Of a DNA stretch of 64,000 bases, positions 1-9,803 are shown one piece after another (the stretch's first letter is position 1; each line of letters begins with the position of its first letter). The notes under the pieces were generated by a model. It was not told the DNA's origin, did no database searches, and saw only the letters and a program-made list of their open reading frames with translations. Source of the DNA: Candidatus Helarchaeota archaeon (GTDB lineage: Archaea > Asgardarchaeota > Lokiarchaeia > Helarchaeales > RDOG01). The translations under genes and the position numbers were made by a program. The stretch spans positions 73,669-137,668 of the forward strand of contig JAHPZH010000003.1 of assembly GCA_019058315.1 (NCBI GenBank), given 5' to 3'.

Positions 1-194
1 GTTCCAGGACCTGTACCGATATCTAAAATATTCATATTCGGTTTAATATCAATCATTTTAAAAATATTTTTTAAAAGTGGGTCAAAATTTTGGATTCTAC
101 TTCTCAATTTTAAACTATCATAATTATTCCATTTACCACTGTAATATTCAACTGTATATTTGTTTATTCCACAGCTATTATCACAATTCTTCAT
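1..194 (-). CDS. Class I SAM-dependent methyltransferase, 5' part (runs off window edge)
   Basis: Manual translation from ATG at 194 gives MKNCDN...MIDIKPNMNILDIGTGPGT, with the SAM-binding motif I (LDIGTGPG). Not in the ORF track. Confidence 0.8.
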   Translation of the reverse strand, partial: MKNCDNSCGINKYTVEYYSGKWNNYDSLKLRSRIQNFDPLLKNIFKMIDIKPNMNILDIGTGPG

Positions 195-343
195 TTACAG
201 TCTTATCCAAATTACTTTTTCATAATTAAAATATTCAAAAAGAGAGTAATTTTCTATATTTTTTTCCATTCATAACAAAATCTCAATGATTTAAATAGCT
301 GTTTGCTATAAAGGTGTTATATATTTTTTTTATGGGATGCAAA

Positions 344-742
344 ATGATCGAAAAAATTAGTGTCAGAACTCATGGACGAGAAGAAATAATAGACATAACT
401 GAAAATATCGAAAAAATTATATCTAACTCTAAGATTTCCAGTGGTTATTGTATCATTTTTGTCCCTCACACGACTGCAGCTATAGCCATAAATGAAAATG
501 CAGACCCTGCAGTAAAACGAGATGTCTTAAAGATTCTAGATACAATAATACCCCAAAATGGAGATTATGAGCATTTTGAGGGCAATTCACCGGCTCATGT
601 GAAAACAATATTAACAGGAAATTCCCAAATGATATTAATAGAAAATGGAAAATTGAAATTAGGTACTTGGCAAGGGATTTACCTTTGTGAATATGATGGA
701 CCAAGATCTAGAAGTGTTTTGATAAAAATAGTAAGTTCTTAA
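344..742 (+). CDS. yjbQ: YjbQ/UPF0047 family protein (secondary thiamine-phosphate synthase)
   Basis: HTTA..INEN, H.EGNSPAHVK and LGTWQGIYLCEYDGPR motifs. ATG at 344 is preferred over GTG at 314. Confidence 0.9.
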   Translation: MIEKISVRTHGREEIIDITENIEKIISNSKISSGYCIIFVPHTTAAIAINENADPAVKRDVLKILDTIIPQNGDYEHFEGNSPAHVKTILTGNSQMILIENGKLKLGTWQGIYLCEYDGPRSRSVLIKIVSS

Positions 743-928
743 CCACAATAGTCCCAGCTAAGATAAAAAAAGAATTGTCCATTTTTGATAGCAACAAACT
801 ATCATAATTTTTCTGAATATTAATTAATTATATCTTTTAGTTTTCTAATTCTTTAATTTAAAAAAATCTTCTGTTTTATGATGATTTAATATGCATTTAT
901 AATAAATAATAGAAAAGATGTATATTTA

Positions 929-2188
929 ATGAAAGATATAATAACTTTTATATGTCCACCATTAAAAGGACATATTAATCCAATGTCATCCATTGCTTAT
1001 GGATTAAAAAACAAGGGTATAACTGTAAAATTTATTGGATTGTTAGATATTGCCAATTTTTTTGATGAATTTGATTTTATACCTATCGGAAAGGAAATAT
1101 TTCCAAAGGGGAGTATAGAAAAAATAACACAAAAGATGTCAAAACGAAAGGGTTTACGGATGGGTCGGGTTTGGCAATCAAAATTTTCAAATAAATGGTC
1201 TAAAGTGGTTTGTGAGGAATTGCCAAAAGTTTTGGAGCTTGAAAGCGTAGATTTTATTGTTTGTGATCAATTGGAAAATGCAGTTGCTCTTGTCGCTGAT
1301 TATTTAAAAATTCCGTTTGTTACTATATGTAATGCCATGGCTATTGTGATGCACGAAACTTATCCCCCATTCTTTACTAATTGGGATTATGATATTTCTA
1401 ATAGGAGATTAAATATTAATAAAGGATTTTATAAAATTGCGAGGTATCTTCTTAATCGTGATACTAAAATACTAGAAAAATGGCGTAAAAAATGGGGAAT
1501 GCCTGAAAGAATTGGGATGAAACGTTATTTTGCACATTCAACATTAGCAACTTTTTCTCAACAAACTAAATCTATTGAATTTCCATTAACTGAAATTAAT
1601 AAAGATTGGTATTATTGTGGACCTTTTAGAACTGACGGTCTTTTAACTTATAACATACCAGAATTACCAAATGATGAAATTACAAATGTCTATATTTCAT
1701 TGGGAACCATTCAAGGTTCTAGATATAAATTATTTAAAAAATGTGTTGAAGCATGTAATGATTTAGGGTTAAGAGCTATAATTGTTCATGCAGGACTACT
1801 TGAAGAAAAAAAAATTGAAGAACTTAAAAAAATCGCACTTGTTTATGATTATTTGAAACAGCCAGATATCTTTAAAGATTGTAAAGTCTTAATTTCACAT
1901 TGTGGATTAAATACCGCCTTAGATGCTTTGAGTTATGGTAGACCAATAATAGCTATCCCTATCGGGATCGAACAAGGTGCAATAGCTACGAAATTAAAAA
2001 GAATAGGATGTGCTATTGTTGTTAAAAAACTAAATAAAAAAAACCTAAAGAAAGCCTTATCCGAAATCCTTTCCAACCCAGAATATAAGAAAAAAAGTCA
2101 ACTAATTAAGGAAGAAATAAAATCTTCTGGTGGTACAGAGAGAGCCGTTGAGGTTATTTATAATCTAATCAAAAATACAGAGTTTTAG
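929..2188 (+). CDS. GT1 family UDP-glycosyltransferase, zeaxanthin glucosyltransferase (CrtX)/MGT-like
   Basis: PP..GH.NP N-terminus, DQLE, SLGTIQG.RY.LFK and the ISHCGLNT...EQ UDPGT signature. Confidence 0.85.
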   Translation: MKDIITFICPPLKGHINPMSSIAYGLKNKGITVKFIGLLDIANFFDEFDFIPIGKEIFPKGSIEKITQKMSKRKGLRMGRVWQSKFSNKWSKVVCEELPKVLELESVDFIVCDQLENAVALVADYLKIPFVTICNAMAIVMHETYPPFFTNWDYDISNRRLNINKGFYKIARYLLNRDTKILEKWRKKWGMPERIGMKRYFAHSTLATFSQQTKSIEFPLTEINKDWYYCGPFRTDGLLTYNIPELPNDEITNVYISLGTIQGSRYKLFKKCVEACNDLGLRAIIVHAGLLEEKKIEELKKIALVYDYLKQPDIFKDCKVLISHCGLNTALDALSYGRPIIAIPIGIEQGAIATKLKRIGCAIVVKKLNKKNLKKALSEILSNPEYKKKSQLIKEEIKSSGGTERAVEVIYNLIKNTEF

Positions 2189-2238
2189 GTGGAAACTTGT
2201 TATTCCAAATTCTCTCCAGATTAAATGTATTTTATTAC

Positions 2239-3174
2239 TTATTTTCCACTATTCAAATATTTTTTTAGAAAGGGTTCTATTTTTACCGTGTGTGTCTGAA
2301 TCCCCACAACTCTATAGGGATCCCCACCCATTACCAAAGCAATTAATTGAGCTAAATTGAGATGAAATATATTAAATTGCTCTCCATACGTCTTTTCTAA
2401 ATAAGGTTGGTAACGATCGAATTGTAGCTGACAATTAGGGCACATGTGTAATAAAAGATTTACTCCTTCAGACCTCAAACTTTTGAGCTTTTTTAAAGTT
2501 ATTTCTAATGAAAGAGGTTTATTTTTATATCTAACCCTAAAACCCGCACCACAAGTGAGAATCTTTTCAGGATACCAATGAAGTGCATCCAGTCCAATGG
2601 ATTCAGCAATATCATCAAGAACAGTCGTGTCATCATATTTCCCAATGGCATCATTAGAAAAGGTTTTATAATAATGACATGCAGGATGGGACGCAACTCT
2701 TAATTTCGATAAATCAAATTTATTAAATTCCGCTATCTTTTCCCTTACTTTGTGAAAAATCTCAACAACATGAAAAAAGTTATTTTTACTATCCAGATTG
2801 TTCTTATATTTCATACCCACTTGCTCTAAAATACTATTGACTTTTTCATAAATTTCTTGTTTTTCTTTTAATAAAGAGCAACTTTTTTTATTTATAGCAT
2901 AACAAGTGGAACACAAGACTGCAAAATTTTCATATTTTGTTTTTTCTTTAGCAAGCCAAAAATTTCGGGCTGCTATTGTTGTAGTGGAGAGTTGATCGAA
3001 TAAATCATAATAATAACCTAGACCAGTACAACAACTTTGATTAGGATCTTGTATCCAATCAATTCCTAATTTATTAAATGCCCATTTTGTTGAACTTTCC
3101 ACTCCAGGATATTCAACATTCATTAAACAAGATCTAAAGAAGAAGATTTTTCGAGTTGGAATATTTTTTGTCAT
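2239..3174 (-). CDS. hdrB: Heterodisulfide reductase subunit B (CCG domains), methanogen HdrB-type
   Basis: RSCL..VEYPGVES, SCCTG, CSTC, HPACH, TCGAG and CPNCQLQFDRYQ motifs. Overlaps the hdrC stop (ATGA). Confidence 0.9.
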   Translation of the reverse strand: MTKNIPTRKIFFFRSCLMNVEYPGVESSTKWAFNKLGIDWIQDPNQSCCTGLGYYYDLFDQLSTTTIAARNFWLAKEKTKYENFAVLCSTCYAINKKSCSLLKEKQEIYEKVNSILEQVGMKYKNNLDSKNNFFHVVEIFHKVREKIAEFNKFDLSKLRVASHPACHYYKTFSNDAIGKYDDTTVLDDIAESIGLDALHWYPEKILTCGAGFRVRYKNKPLSLEITLKKLKSLRSEGVNLLLHMCPNCQLQFDRYQPYLEKTYGEQFNIFHLNLAQLIALVMGGDPYRVVGIQTHTVKIEPFLKKYLNSGK

Positions 3175-3767
3175 TTTGAATTGTTCCTAAGTTTTTTAAG
3201 TCTTTCAACAAAACCAGTTTGCTCCAGAATAATGCGAATTTCTGTCCTTGCTTTAATTGGCAGTAATGGCGATTCAAGACCGAGTTGTTTTCGCACATTC
3301 TCATTATTCAATCGTATCTCTAACCATTCTTCTCCCCAATCCTCGTATAAACTTTCGACCATTTCTTTTGAATAAGATCCGGCTCCAAGTTCTATGAAAC
3401 TATCCCCATATGCTAAAAAGTCTTGAATTTGATCTTTATTATACCCCTCTTCAATTGATTTCTGTTTAAGAACTTGGATTACGGTTATTGGACTATTTCC
3501 TCGGGGACATCGCATATGACAAGTATAACAAGAAAAACAATTCCAAATTAATTGATCTTGAAGTATATTGGGATATCCTTGCAAAACCGCGTTCATAATT
3601 TTACGTGGAGAAAAATCGCTATATCTAGCTGCAGGACATCCAGATGAACAAAGACCACATTGAATACATTTCAAAAGACCTATATCTTTTGGAGTTCGAT
3701 CAGCTTCCAAAACTTCTTTTAGAATTTTTGTTTTCTTACTATTAGTTTTTTCCAAAAAATCGACCAT
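3171..3767 (-). CDS. hdrC: Heterodisulfide reductase subunit C (2x[4Fe-4S])
   Basis: CIQCGLCSSGCP and WNCFSCYTCHMRCPR motifs. Adjacent to hdrB. Confidence 0.9.
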   Translation of the reverse strand: MVDFLEKTNSKKTKILKEVLEADRTPKDIGLLKCIQCGLCSSGCPAARYSDFSPRKIMNAVLQGYPNILQDQLIWNCFSCYTCHMRCPRGNSPITVIQVLKQKSIEEGYNKDQIQDFLAYGDSFIELGAGSYSKEMVESLYEDWGEEWLEIRLNNENVRKQLGLESPLLPIKARTEIRIILEQTGFVERLKKLRNNSK

Positions 3768-3797
3768 TTTAATTTAAGAAACAAATATTTCTTTTAA

Positions 3798-4994
3798 TTA
3801 TCTTAACATCTCTAAAAACGCTTCTAACCTAGTCTTGACTTGTCCTGCCGAGCACTGTGTAGGATCTACACAATCTCCATCCAATATCAAAAATGGAATG
3901 CCTTCATCTTGAAATGCTTGTTGAATAGAAGGTGCACCACTAGTCGACTGTCTGCAACCCCAGATTGAATAATGGATGGCGGCATCTATTTTATATTTCT
4001 TTGCAGCTTCAAGATTCATTTTTATTCTTTTTTCAATAGACCCATTGAAAATATTGCGGACATATTTTTTGGCCAGACCTTCGAATAAATCATGATTCTC
4101 AATTTTATGGGAACTTGTCATATATAGTTCGTTAAATACGATTGTAGCATTATTCTGTTCAAAGATCTCCCCAAATAGTTGTAGATTATATAATGGGGGT
4201 AAAAATAACCACATAATTCTAGGAGCATCGTTATCAACAAATCCTTCACCTTTTTCGATTCTTTTTTTAATTTCCTTTAATACTTCTTCATGATATGCAA
4301 TACCATCTAAAAAATTGCCTCCTTTAAAAGTAAAGTTGAAGAGGTCTAATAAAAAACCTTCACTACTGCTCCCGGGAGGTGGTTTTACTGTAGCTCTTAA
4401 ATTACATATTTCTCTATATAAATCAACGCATCTATTAGAAAGTTTCACCATTTCTTTGAACTTATCTACATTAAATTCTTCATAATGACTATGTTTCCCA
4501 ATGAAATCTGCTGCTTTTAACAATTGATTTTTAACATATTCAATTCCCTCTTCATTTTCTTCTGCACCAAAATCGAGATATAATATTGGTTTTTTTTCAT
4601 AATAATTAAGTAAATCAAAACTTTTACCTTGGGCATCACATGAATTAGGAATAGTAGAGACGATCATGTCGGGATTTCTTGGAAACCCCTTTAAAAAGTA
4701 ATTTCCAATGATATGTCTTTGAAAGCTACAACAATCTCTACTAATATATTTCTCTGCTTCAGTCAAGATTTTTTGAGTTTTTGACTCCATAGCTGAAAGG
4801 ACTCCGCTTAATAACTCCGGTTGAAGCGGAATAACATCATTTGCAAAGAATAATTCCAAGGGAGATGGGACGTTTGTCCATGCCATTTTTACATTATTCT
4901 TTTTCGCATTAAGTGCAGTATTCATATATTTAAAAAAATATTTTCCGAATAACGTTCCAGTAGTTGAAAAACCTAATCCGCTCTTAACTGACAT
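3798..4994 (-). CDS. 2-hydroxyacyl-CoA dehydratase / benzoyl-CoA reductase family subunit (HgdA/BcrB-like), copy 2
   Basis: DCCSF, NSCD, WGCRQ and LDGDCVD...GQVKTRLEAFLEML motifs. Confidence 0.85.
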   Translation of the reverse strand: MSVKSGLGFSTTGTLFGKYFFKYMNTALNAKKNNVKMAWTNVPSPLELFFANDVIPLQPELLSGVLSAMESKTQKILTEAEKYISRDCCSFQRHIIGNYFLKGFPRNPDMIVSTIPNSCDAQGKSFDLLNYYEKKPILYLDFGAEENEEGIEYVKNQLLKAADFIGKHSHYEEFNVDKFKEMVKLSNRCVDLYREICNLRATVKPPPGSSSEGFLLDLFNFTFKGGNFLDGIAYHEEVLKEIKKRIEKGEGFVDNDAPRIMWLFLPPLYNLQLFGEIFEQNNATIVFNELYMTSSHKIENHDLFEGLAKKYVRNIFNGSIEKRIKMNLEAAKKYKIDAAIHYSIWGCRQSTSGAPSIQQAFQDEGIPFLILDGDCVDPTQCSAGQVKTRLEAFLEMLR

Positions 4995-4998
4995 ATAA

Positions 4999-6195
4999 TT
5001 ACCTCAACATCTCTAAAAATGCTTCGATTCTCGTCTTTACTTGTTCAGGTGAACAAGTAGTCGGATCTACGCAATCTCCATCTAAAATCAATAAAGGAAT
5101 ATCTTCATCCTGAAATGCTTGTTGAATAGAAGGTGCTCCACTTGTTGATTGGCGACATCCCCATATTGAAAAATGAACTGCTGCATCTATTTTATATTTT
5201 TTAGCAGCCTCTAAATCCATTTTAACCCTTTTTTCAATAGAACCATTAAAAATATTACGTATATGTTTTTTTGCTAATCCTTCGAATAAATCATGGTTCT
5301 CAATTTTGTGGGAGCTTATCATAAAAAGCTCGTTAAAAACTATTACTGCATTATTTTGCTCGAAAATATCTCCAAATAGTTGCATATTATATAAAGGTGG
5401 TAAAAACATCCACATAATCCTAATTGCATCCTCATCAACAATCCCTTCACCTCTTGCAACTCTTTCTTTAAGTTCTTTTAATATTGCCTCATGAAATAAA
5501 ATACAATCATTAAAATTTCCTCCTTTATTCGTGAAATTAAAAATATCAAGTCCAAAACCATCAGCACTATTCATTGGAGGAGGATTTGTTGAGGATCTTA
5601 AATTACATATTTCAATATATGAATCGACGCACTTATTGGATAGCCTTACCATTTCTTTAAACTTTTCTTCATTAAATTCTTCATAATTACTGTTTTTTCC
5701 AATAAAATCAGCTACATTTAACAACTGATTTTTAACATATTGTATTCCTTCTTTATCTTCTTCTGCACCAAAATCGAGGTATATAATAGGTTTTTTCTCG
5801 TAATAATTAAGTAATTCAAAACTCTTTCCTTGAGCATCGCATGAATTTGGAATTGTAGAAACAATCATGTCAGGGTCACGAGGAAATCCCTTTAAAAAAT
5901 AATTGCCAATTACATGTCGTTGGAAAGAGCAGCAGTCTCTAGAAATATATTTTTCTGCCTCCGTTAAAACTTTTTGCGTTTGTGCCTCCATAGCGGAGAG
6001 AATACCGCTTATTAGTTCTGGTTGAAGAGGTATAACATCATTTGCAAAGAATAATTCCAAAGGAGTTGGAATATTTGTCCATGCCATTTTTGTATTATTT
6101 CTTTTAGCATTCAAAGCAGAATCCATATATTTGAAAAATAAGGTTCCCATCATTTCAGTACTTTTTAGAGAACCTTCTGGAAGTTTTATTGCCAT
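4999..6195 (-). CDS. 2-hydroxyacyl-CoA dehydratase / benzoyl-CoA reductase family subunit (HgdA/BcrB-like), copy 1
   Basis: Same motifs and same 398-aa length as 3798..4994, with long identical stretches. Confidence 0.85.
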   Translation of the reverse strand: MAIKLPEGSLKSTEMMGTLFFKYMDSALNAKRNNTKMAWTNIPTPLELFFANDVIPLQPELISGILSAMEAQTQKVLTEAEKYISRDCCSFQRHVIGNYFLKGFPRDPDMIVSTIPNSCDAQGKSFELLNYYEKKPIIYLDFGAEEDKEGIQYVKNQLLNVADFIGKNSNYEEFNEEKFKEMVRLSNKCVDSYIEICNLRSSTNPPPMNSADGFGLDIFNFTNKGGNFNDCILFHEAILKELKERVARGEGIVDEDAIRIMWMFLPPLYNMQLFGDIFEQNNAVIVFNELFMISSHKIENHDLFEGLAKKHIRNIFNGSIEKRVKMDLEAAKKYKIDAAVHFSIWGCRQSTSGAPSIQQAFQDEDIPLLILDGDCVDPTTCSPEQVKTRIEAFLEMLR

Positions 6196-7326
6196 TTAAT
6201 CACCCAATATTTCCAAAAATGCTTCAATTCGAGTTCTTAGTTGTCCTAAATCAACTCCATATTCGGTTTCTAAATTTAGGATTGGAATCCCAATTTTGTT
6301 TAATTCTTCTTTAAAAATTGGGTAGTCATATTTAAAATTATCACAAAATTTTAGAGTATGATAAATAACTCCATCTATTTTATAATCTTCAATTGCATTC
6401 AACACATAATTTAAACGTGAACGTGAATCTGTTTCTCTCATACGTGGGCATTGAATTTTATTAAATTGATATTCAGCAATCGCAGTGACTGGGTTTTCAA
6501 TTTCTTCATTGATTAAATCAGAGGCATAACGACTTTCAGTGCAAGTTTCTTCAAAAACGACCATTCCTCCTGCTGATTCTACTGTTTTCTGGATTCTCGT
6601 ATCTTGTTCTGCTAAGATACTTCCTGAGTACAGAATTCTCTTTCTTCCATTGATTTTTGGGTAATTATCAATTTCTTTTATCAATAAAGTTAAAAGATCA
6701 TTGACCTTCTCCTTATCTAAAATCATCGCAGCACGATATACCTCGAAAGCATCAATACTGTTTATCGGTACAGCAATCTCTCTTCTTTTCTCTTGAAATT
6801 TTTTTAATAATCGTCTCGTTTCATTAAATATTCCTATTGAATTGGAAATTTCATCATTTGTGATCTTAACATCCAAAAAATCTTCGAGACTTTTAATAAA
6901 TTTTGTAAGCTCTTTTTCGAAATAATTCACTCCATTCTTTGTTTTATTCCTAGGTAAAAGAATTTGATATATGAAGGAGGGTTTATTTAGATGAATTTGC
7001 CATATTTCTAGTAATCTTCTAATAGCATCGCATGTATGTGCAGATACAACTCCATCTAGGAAATCCAATGAATTGCCTGTAAGTTTGTAGCCAAGGATTG
7101 CGCGTGCAAAAGGGCATATCCTTGAAAAAAATAAGTTATCTGCTTCAGATGCTGGAGTGTCTTCATCGCCCCCAGGATAGATTCGGTACGGGATAGCCCC
7201 TCCAGCATGTATAATTTCTTCTGGTGTATAATTACAAATCCAACCAACTATTTTCTTATCATTTATTGTACGGAGTTCATCTATTCTTTTATTATTAAGA
7301 TCCTTAATCTTATCTAAAATTGTCAT
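6196..7326 (-). CDS. 2-hydroxyacyl-CoA dehydratase / benzoyl-CoA reductase family subunit (HgdB/BcrC-like)
   Basis: GWICNYTPEEIIHAGG, CPF, TCD, KFCD and GQLRTRIEAFLE motifs. Confidence 0.85.
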   Translation of the reverse strand: MTILDKIKDLNNKRIDELRTINDKKIVGWICNYTPEEIIHAGGAIPYRIYPGGDEDTPASEADNLFFSRICPFARAILGYKLTGNSLDFLDGVVSAHTCDAIRRLLEIWQIHLNKPSFIYQILLPRNKTKNGVNYFEKELTKFIKSLEDFLDVKITNDEISNSIGIFNETRRLLKKFQEKRREIAVPINSIDAFEVYRAAMILDKEKVNDLLTLLIKEIDNYPKINGRKRILYSGSILAEQDTRIQKTVESAGGMVVFEETCTESRYASDLINEEIENPVTAIAEYQFNKIQCPRMRETDSRSRLNYVLNAIEDYKIDGVIYHTLKFCDNFKYDYPIFKEELNKIGIPILNLETEYGVDLGQLRTRIEAFLEILGD

Positions 7327-7327
7327 T

Positions 7328-7340
7328 ATTACACCGTTAT
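7328..7340. promoter_or_regulatory. Weak copy of ATNACANTGTWAT operator (attacaccgttat), overlapping the RBS of 6196..7326
   Basis: One mismatch to the consensus. Could partly reflect the GGTG RBS on the minus strand. Confidence 0.3.
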
Positions 7341-7399
7341 ATTCCTATTTTATCATATCAAATTTTATTTTCAAGATTGTAAATATTAAATAAGTGGGA

Positions 7400-8188
7400 T
7401 TAGCTTTTTTCTAACTTCTCATATGCTATTATTGCAGCCCCTAATGCTCCTGGGATCTGTGGTTCGTCAGGAACTAATACATCCATTTTAAGCTCATCCT
7501 TAATAGCTTTTCTTACACCCACATTTTTCGCAACACCACCACAGAATGCGAGTGTAGGTTGAATTTTAATACGCTTCACCATTCCAACAATTCTTTTGAC
7601 TATAGCCTTATGAATTCCTGAAATGATATCTTCTTTCTGAATCCCACTTGCAAATAAAGAAATAATTTCACTCTCTGCAAAGACTGTACACATTGAACTA
7701 ATGTTTGACGGTTTTTTAGATTTGAGTGATATTGGTCCCATTTCACTAATATGGCCAACTTTAAGAGCATTCGCCATTACTTCAATAAATCTTCCTGTTC
7801 CTGCAGCACATTTGTCATTCATTACAAAGTCTAATACTTTTCCATTTTTTCCTACACTAATACCTTTGGAATCTTGTCCACCAATGTCTATAATAGTCCT
7901 TACGTTGTCACCCAATAAAAAATTAACACCTCGGGCATGGGCACTAATTTCAGTAATGGTCCCATCTGCAAATGGAATTGAATATCGCCCATATCCAGTA
8001 CCCATGATAAAATTGATGTCACCCTTGTTTAAATTACATTGACTCAATGCTTTTTCATAAACTTCTCCCCCAATTCTCTCGAATTCATGACCACTCCGTG
8101 AAATAAAGTACCCAATCATTTTTTCTCCATCATAAAAAGCACATTTAGTTGTTAGACTTCCTATATCTATTCCTGTAGTAATAGGCAA
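7400..8188 (-). CDS. ATP-dependent acyl-CoA dehydratase activase (HgdC/BadF/BcrD ASKHA family)
   Basis: GIDIGSLTTK, TGYGR, IDIGGQDSK, MNDKCAAGTG, CTVFAESE and GGVAKN motifs. Confidence 0.92.
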   Translation of the reverse strand: MPITTGIDIGSLTTKCAFYDGEKMIGYFISRSGHEFERIGGEVYEKALSQCNLNKGDINFIMGTGYGRYSIPFADGTITEISAHARGVNFLLGDNVRTIIDIGGQDSKGISVGKNGKVLDFVMNDKCAAGTGRFIEVMANALKVGHISEMGPISLKSKKPSNISSMCTVFAESEIISLFASGIQKEDIISGIHKAIVKRIVGMVKRIKIQPTLAFCGGVAKNVGVRKAIKDELKMDVLVPDEPQIPGALGAAIIAYEKLEKS

Positions 8189-8393
8189 ATAAATTCACTC
8201 AATTCTGTTTTTTTTCCAAAATAGAAGAATTCTCAATAAATACTTCATGATTTTACTTTCTTAATAATTTATGTTGTTTTTAGACATATTCTGAAAATAG
8301 ATCTTTTTTTTTATAATTCAATTTATGAAAAAAATATTTGCGGAATCCCGCTGAGTAGCATTTAATTATTTCTTTATAACATTTACTATGATT

Positions 8394-8406
8394 ATAACGA
8401 TGTAAT
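8394..8406. promoter_or_regulatory. Weak copy of ATNACANTGTWAT operator (ataacgatgtaat) upstream of the activase operon
   Basis: One mismatch to the consensus, intergenic. Confidence 0.35.
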
Positions 8407-8492
8407 ATAATTAATAAATTTCGTTAATTTACTTAGTTTAGACAGATTTCAAAAAAAAAATTAATTAGTTATAGTTTTCTATATATAAAAAA

Positions 8493-9680
8493 TTAGATTG
8501 TAGGTGGATGCTCTTTTTCTTGTTCATAACGAGATCCAGCGTCTATAATATTAACTTCTGGGATCATATCTCCAACTTTTTCAAGGATGATTGCTTCATG
8601 TGGACAGTTTGTCGCACAAACACCACAACCAATACACTCAGGTTCATTCAAATAGATATAATTATCTAATAAGTCCACCGAATGTGGTTGATGATGATGT
8701 AGAGCATTCATAGGGCATAACTTTACACATTTTAGGCATAATTTGCAATTATCCTGAATAAATTTTGGCCGAAAATTTGATTTTGCTAGGCCCCCTTGGC
8801 CTCTAGTTTTAAGTAAACCTTGTAAAATAAAACAACAGCAAGAGCAACAATTACAAATCATCCCAGCCATATCTTTAGTAAATTCTTGATTATTTGTAGT
8901 ACAGTGGACCAAACCTGATTCTGCTGCTATACGGAGAACTTCCTCTGCTTCTTCATGGCTTATTAGACGTCCGATCCCTTTATCAGCCCAATAACGGGCA
9001 ACACGATCAAAAACTAAGCAAACATTTAAAGGTCTATCACATCTTCGTTCGCCATCTATATGCTCAGCATGCATTCGACAAGCACAGTCCCCTACTGCGA
9101 TATATTCAGCAGATCTAATGTAGGAGTTAGCTACTTCAAATGGTAAAATTTTTGTTTCCGTAGAAACTTTTTGATCAATTTCAATAGTTTTTTCAACTGG
9201 GTCATTATGAGGCAATACTCGAAACATTGGGTAGCCAAAGTGACAAAATACCTCAGGAGCAAATGTTTCAAAGTAATAATCATCAAGTATTTTTAATATT
9301 TCTTTCTTTTTTTCTGGTGGATCATTTTCACTCATTGTATAAAATTCATATATTCCTGGTATAAAAGGGGCTAAAGAATATAATTTTTTACCTTTTTCAT
9401 TTGTTCGAACAAAAAGAGTTCCTTTATCGACCATTGATTTGAACATTTTTTCAATGTCCTCTCGAGATTTTCCAACTTTTTTTGCCACGCGATTAATTTT
9501 TTCTTCGTTAATATATGGAATACCAAAAATTGATAATACTTCAGCTTCATCTTTGGTGTATAAATTTTCTAATAGTTTTTGAAACTTTTTTGATTTAGGT
9601 ACTGGTAAGAAGAAATTATTTAATGCCTTTCTAAGGTTTTCGTATGGATTTTTTTCATTCATTTTTCTAATCCTACTCAT
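8493..9680 (-). CDS. Multi-Fe-S protein with N-terminal winged-helix-like region and C-terminal 2x[4Fe-4S] ferredoxin domain
   Basis: CACR, ICNCCSCCC, CKLCLKCVKLCP and CIGCGVCATNCP motifs. Confidence 0.8.
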   Translation of the reverse strand: MSRIRKMNEKNPYENLRKALNNFFLPVPKSKKFQKLLENLYTKDEAEVLSIFGIPYINEEKINRVAKKVGKSREDIEKMFKSMVDKGTLFVRTNEKGKKLYSLAPFIPGIYEFYTMSENDPPEKKKEILKILDDYYFETFAPEVFCHFGYPMFRVLPHNDPVEKTIEIDQKVSTETKILPFEVANSYIRSAEYIAVGDCACRMHAEHIDGERRCDRPLNVCLVFDRVARYWADKGIGRLISHEEAEEVLRIAAESGLVHCTTNNQEFTKDMAGMICNCCSCCCFILQGLLKTRGQGGLAKSNFRPKFIQDNCKLCLKCVKLCPMNALHHHQPHSVDLLDNYIYLNEPECIGCGVCATNCPHEAIILEKVGDMIPEVNIIDAGSRYEQEKEHPPTI

Positions 9681-9764
9681 ATTATCTATATTTTTATTTA
9701 GTTGGTGTTTAAGATTTAATGCAAGATTTAAATCGTATTAATAAGATTTATTATTTCTTTTTAA

Positions 9765-9783
9765 ATTATTACATTGTAATAAT
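9765..9783. promoter_or_regulatory. Palindromic operator attattaca-t-tgtaataat upstream of larE (divergent region with the Fe-S gene)
   Basis: Perfect 9-1-9 inverted repeat about 20 bp upstream of ATG 9804. Its core matches the other copies. Confidence 0.75.
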
Positions 9784-9803
9784 AAAAAGATGTCTTGACT
9801 TAA

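Noticed and set aside
2239-3767. Selenocysteine recoding in hdrB/hdrC or the sulfur-relay genes
   Set aside because: The proteins look full length with Cys at motif positions, and TGA codons occur only at natural ends.
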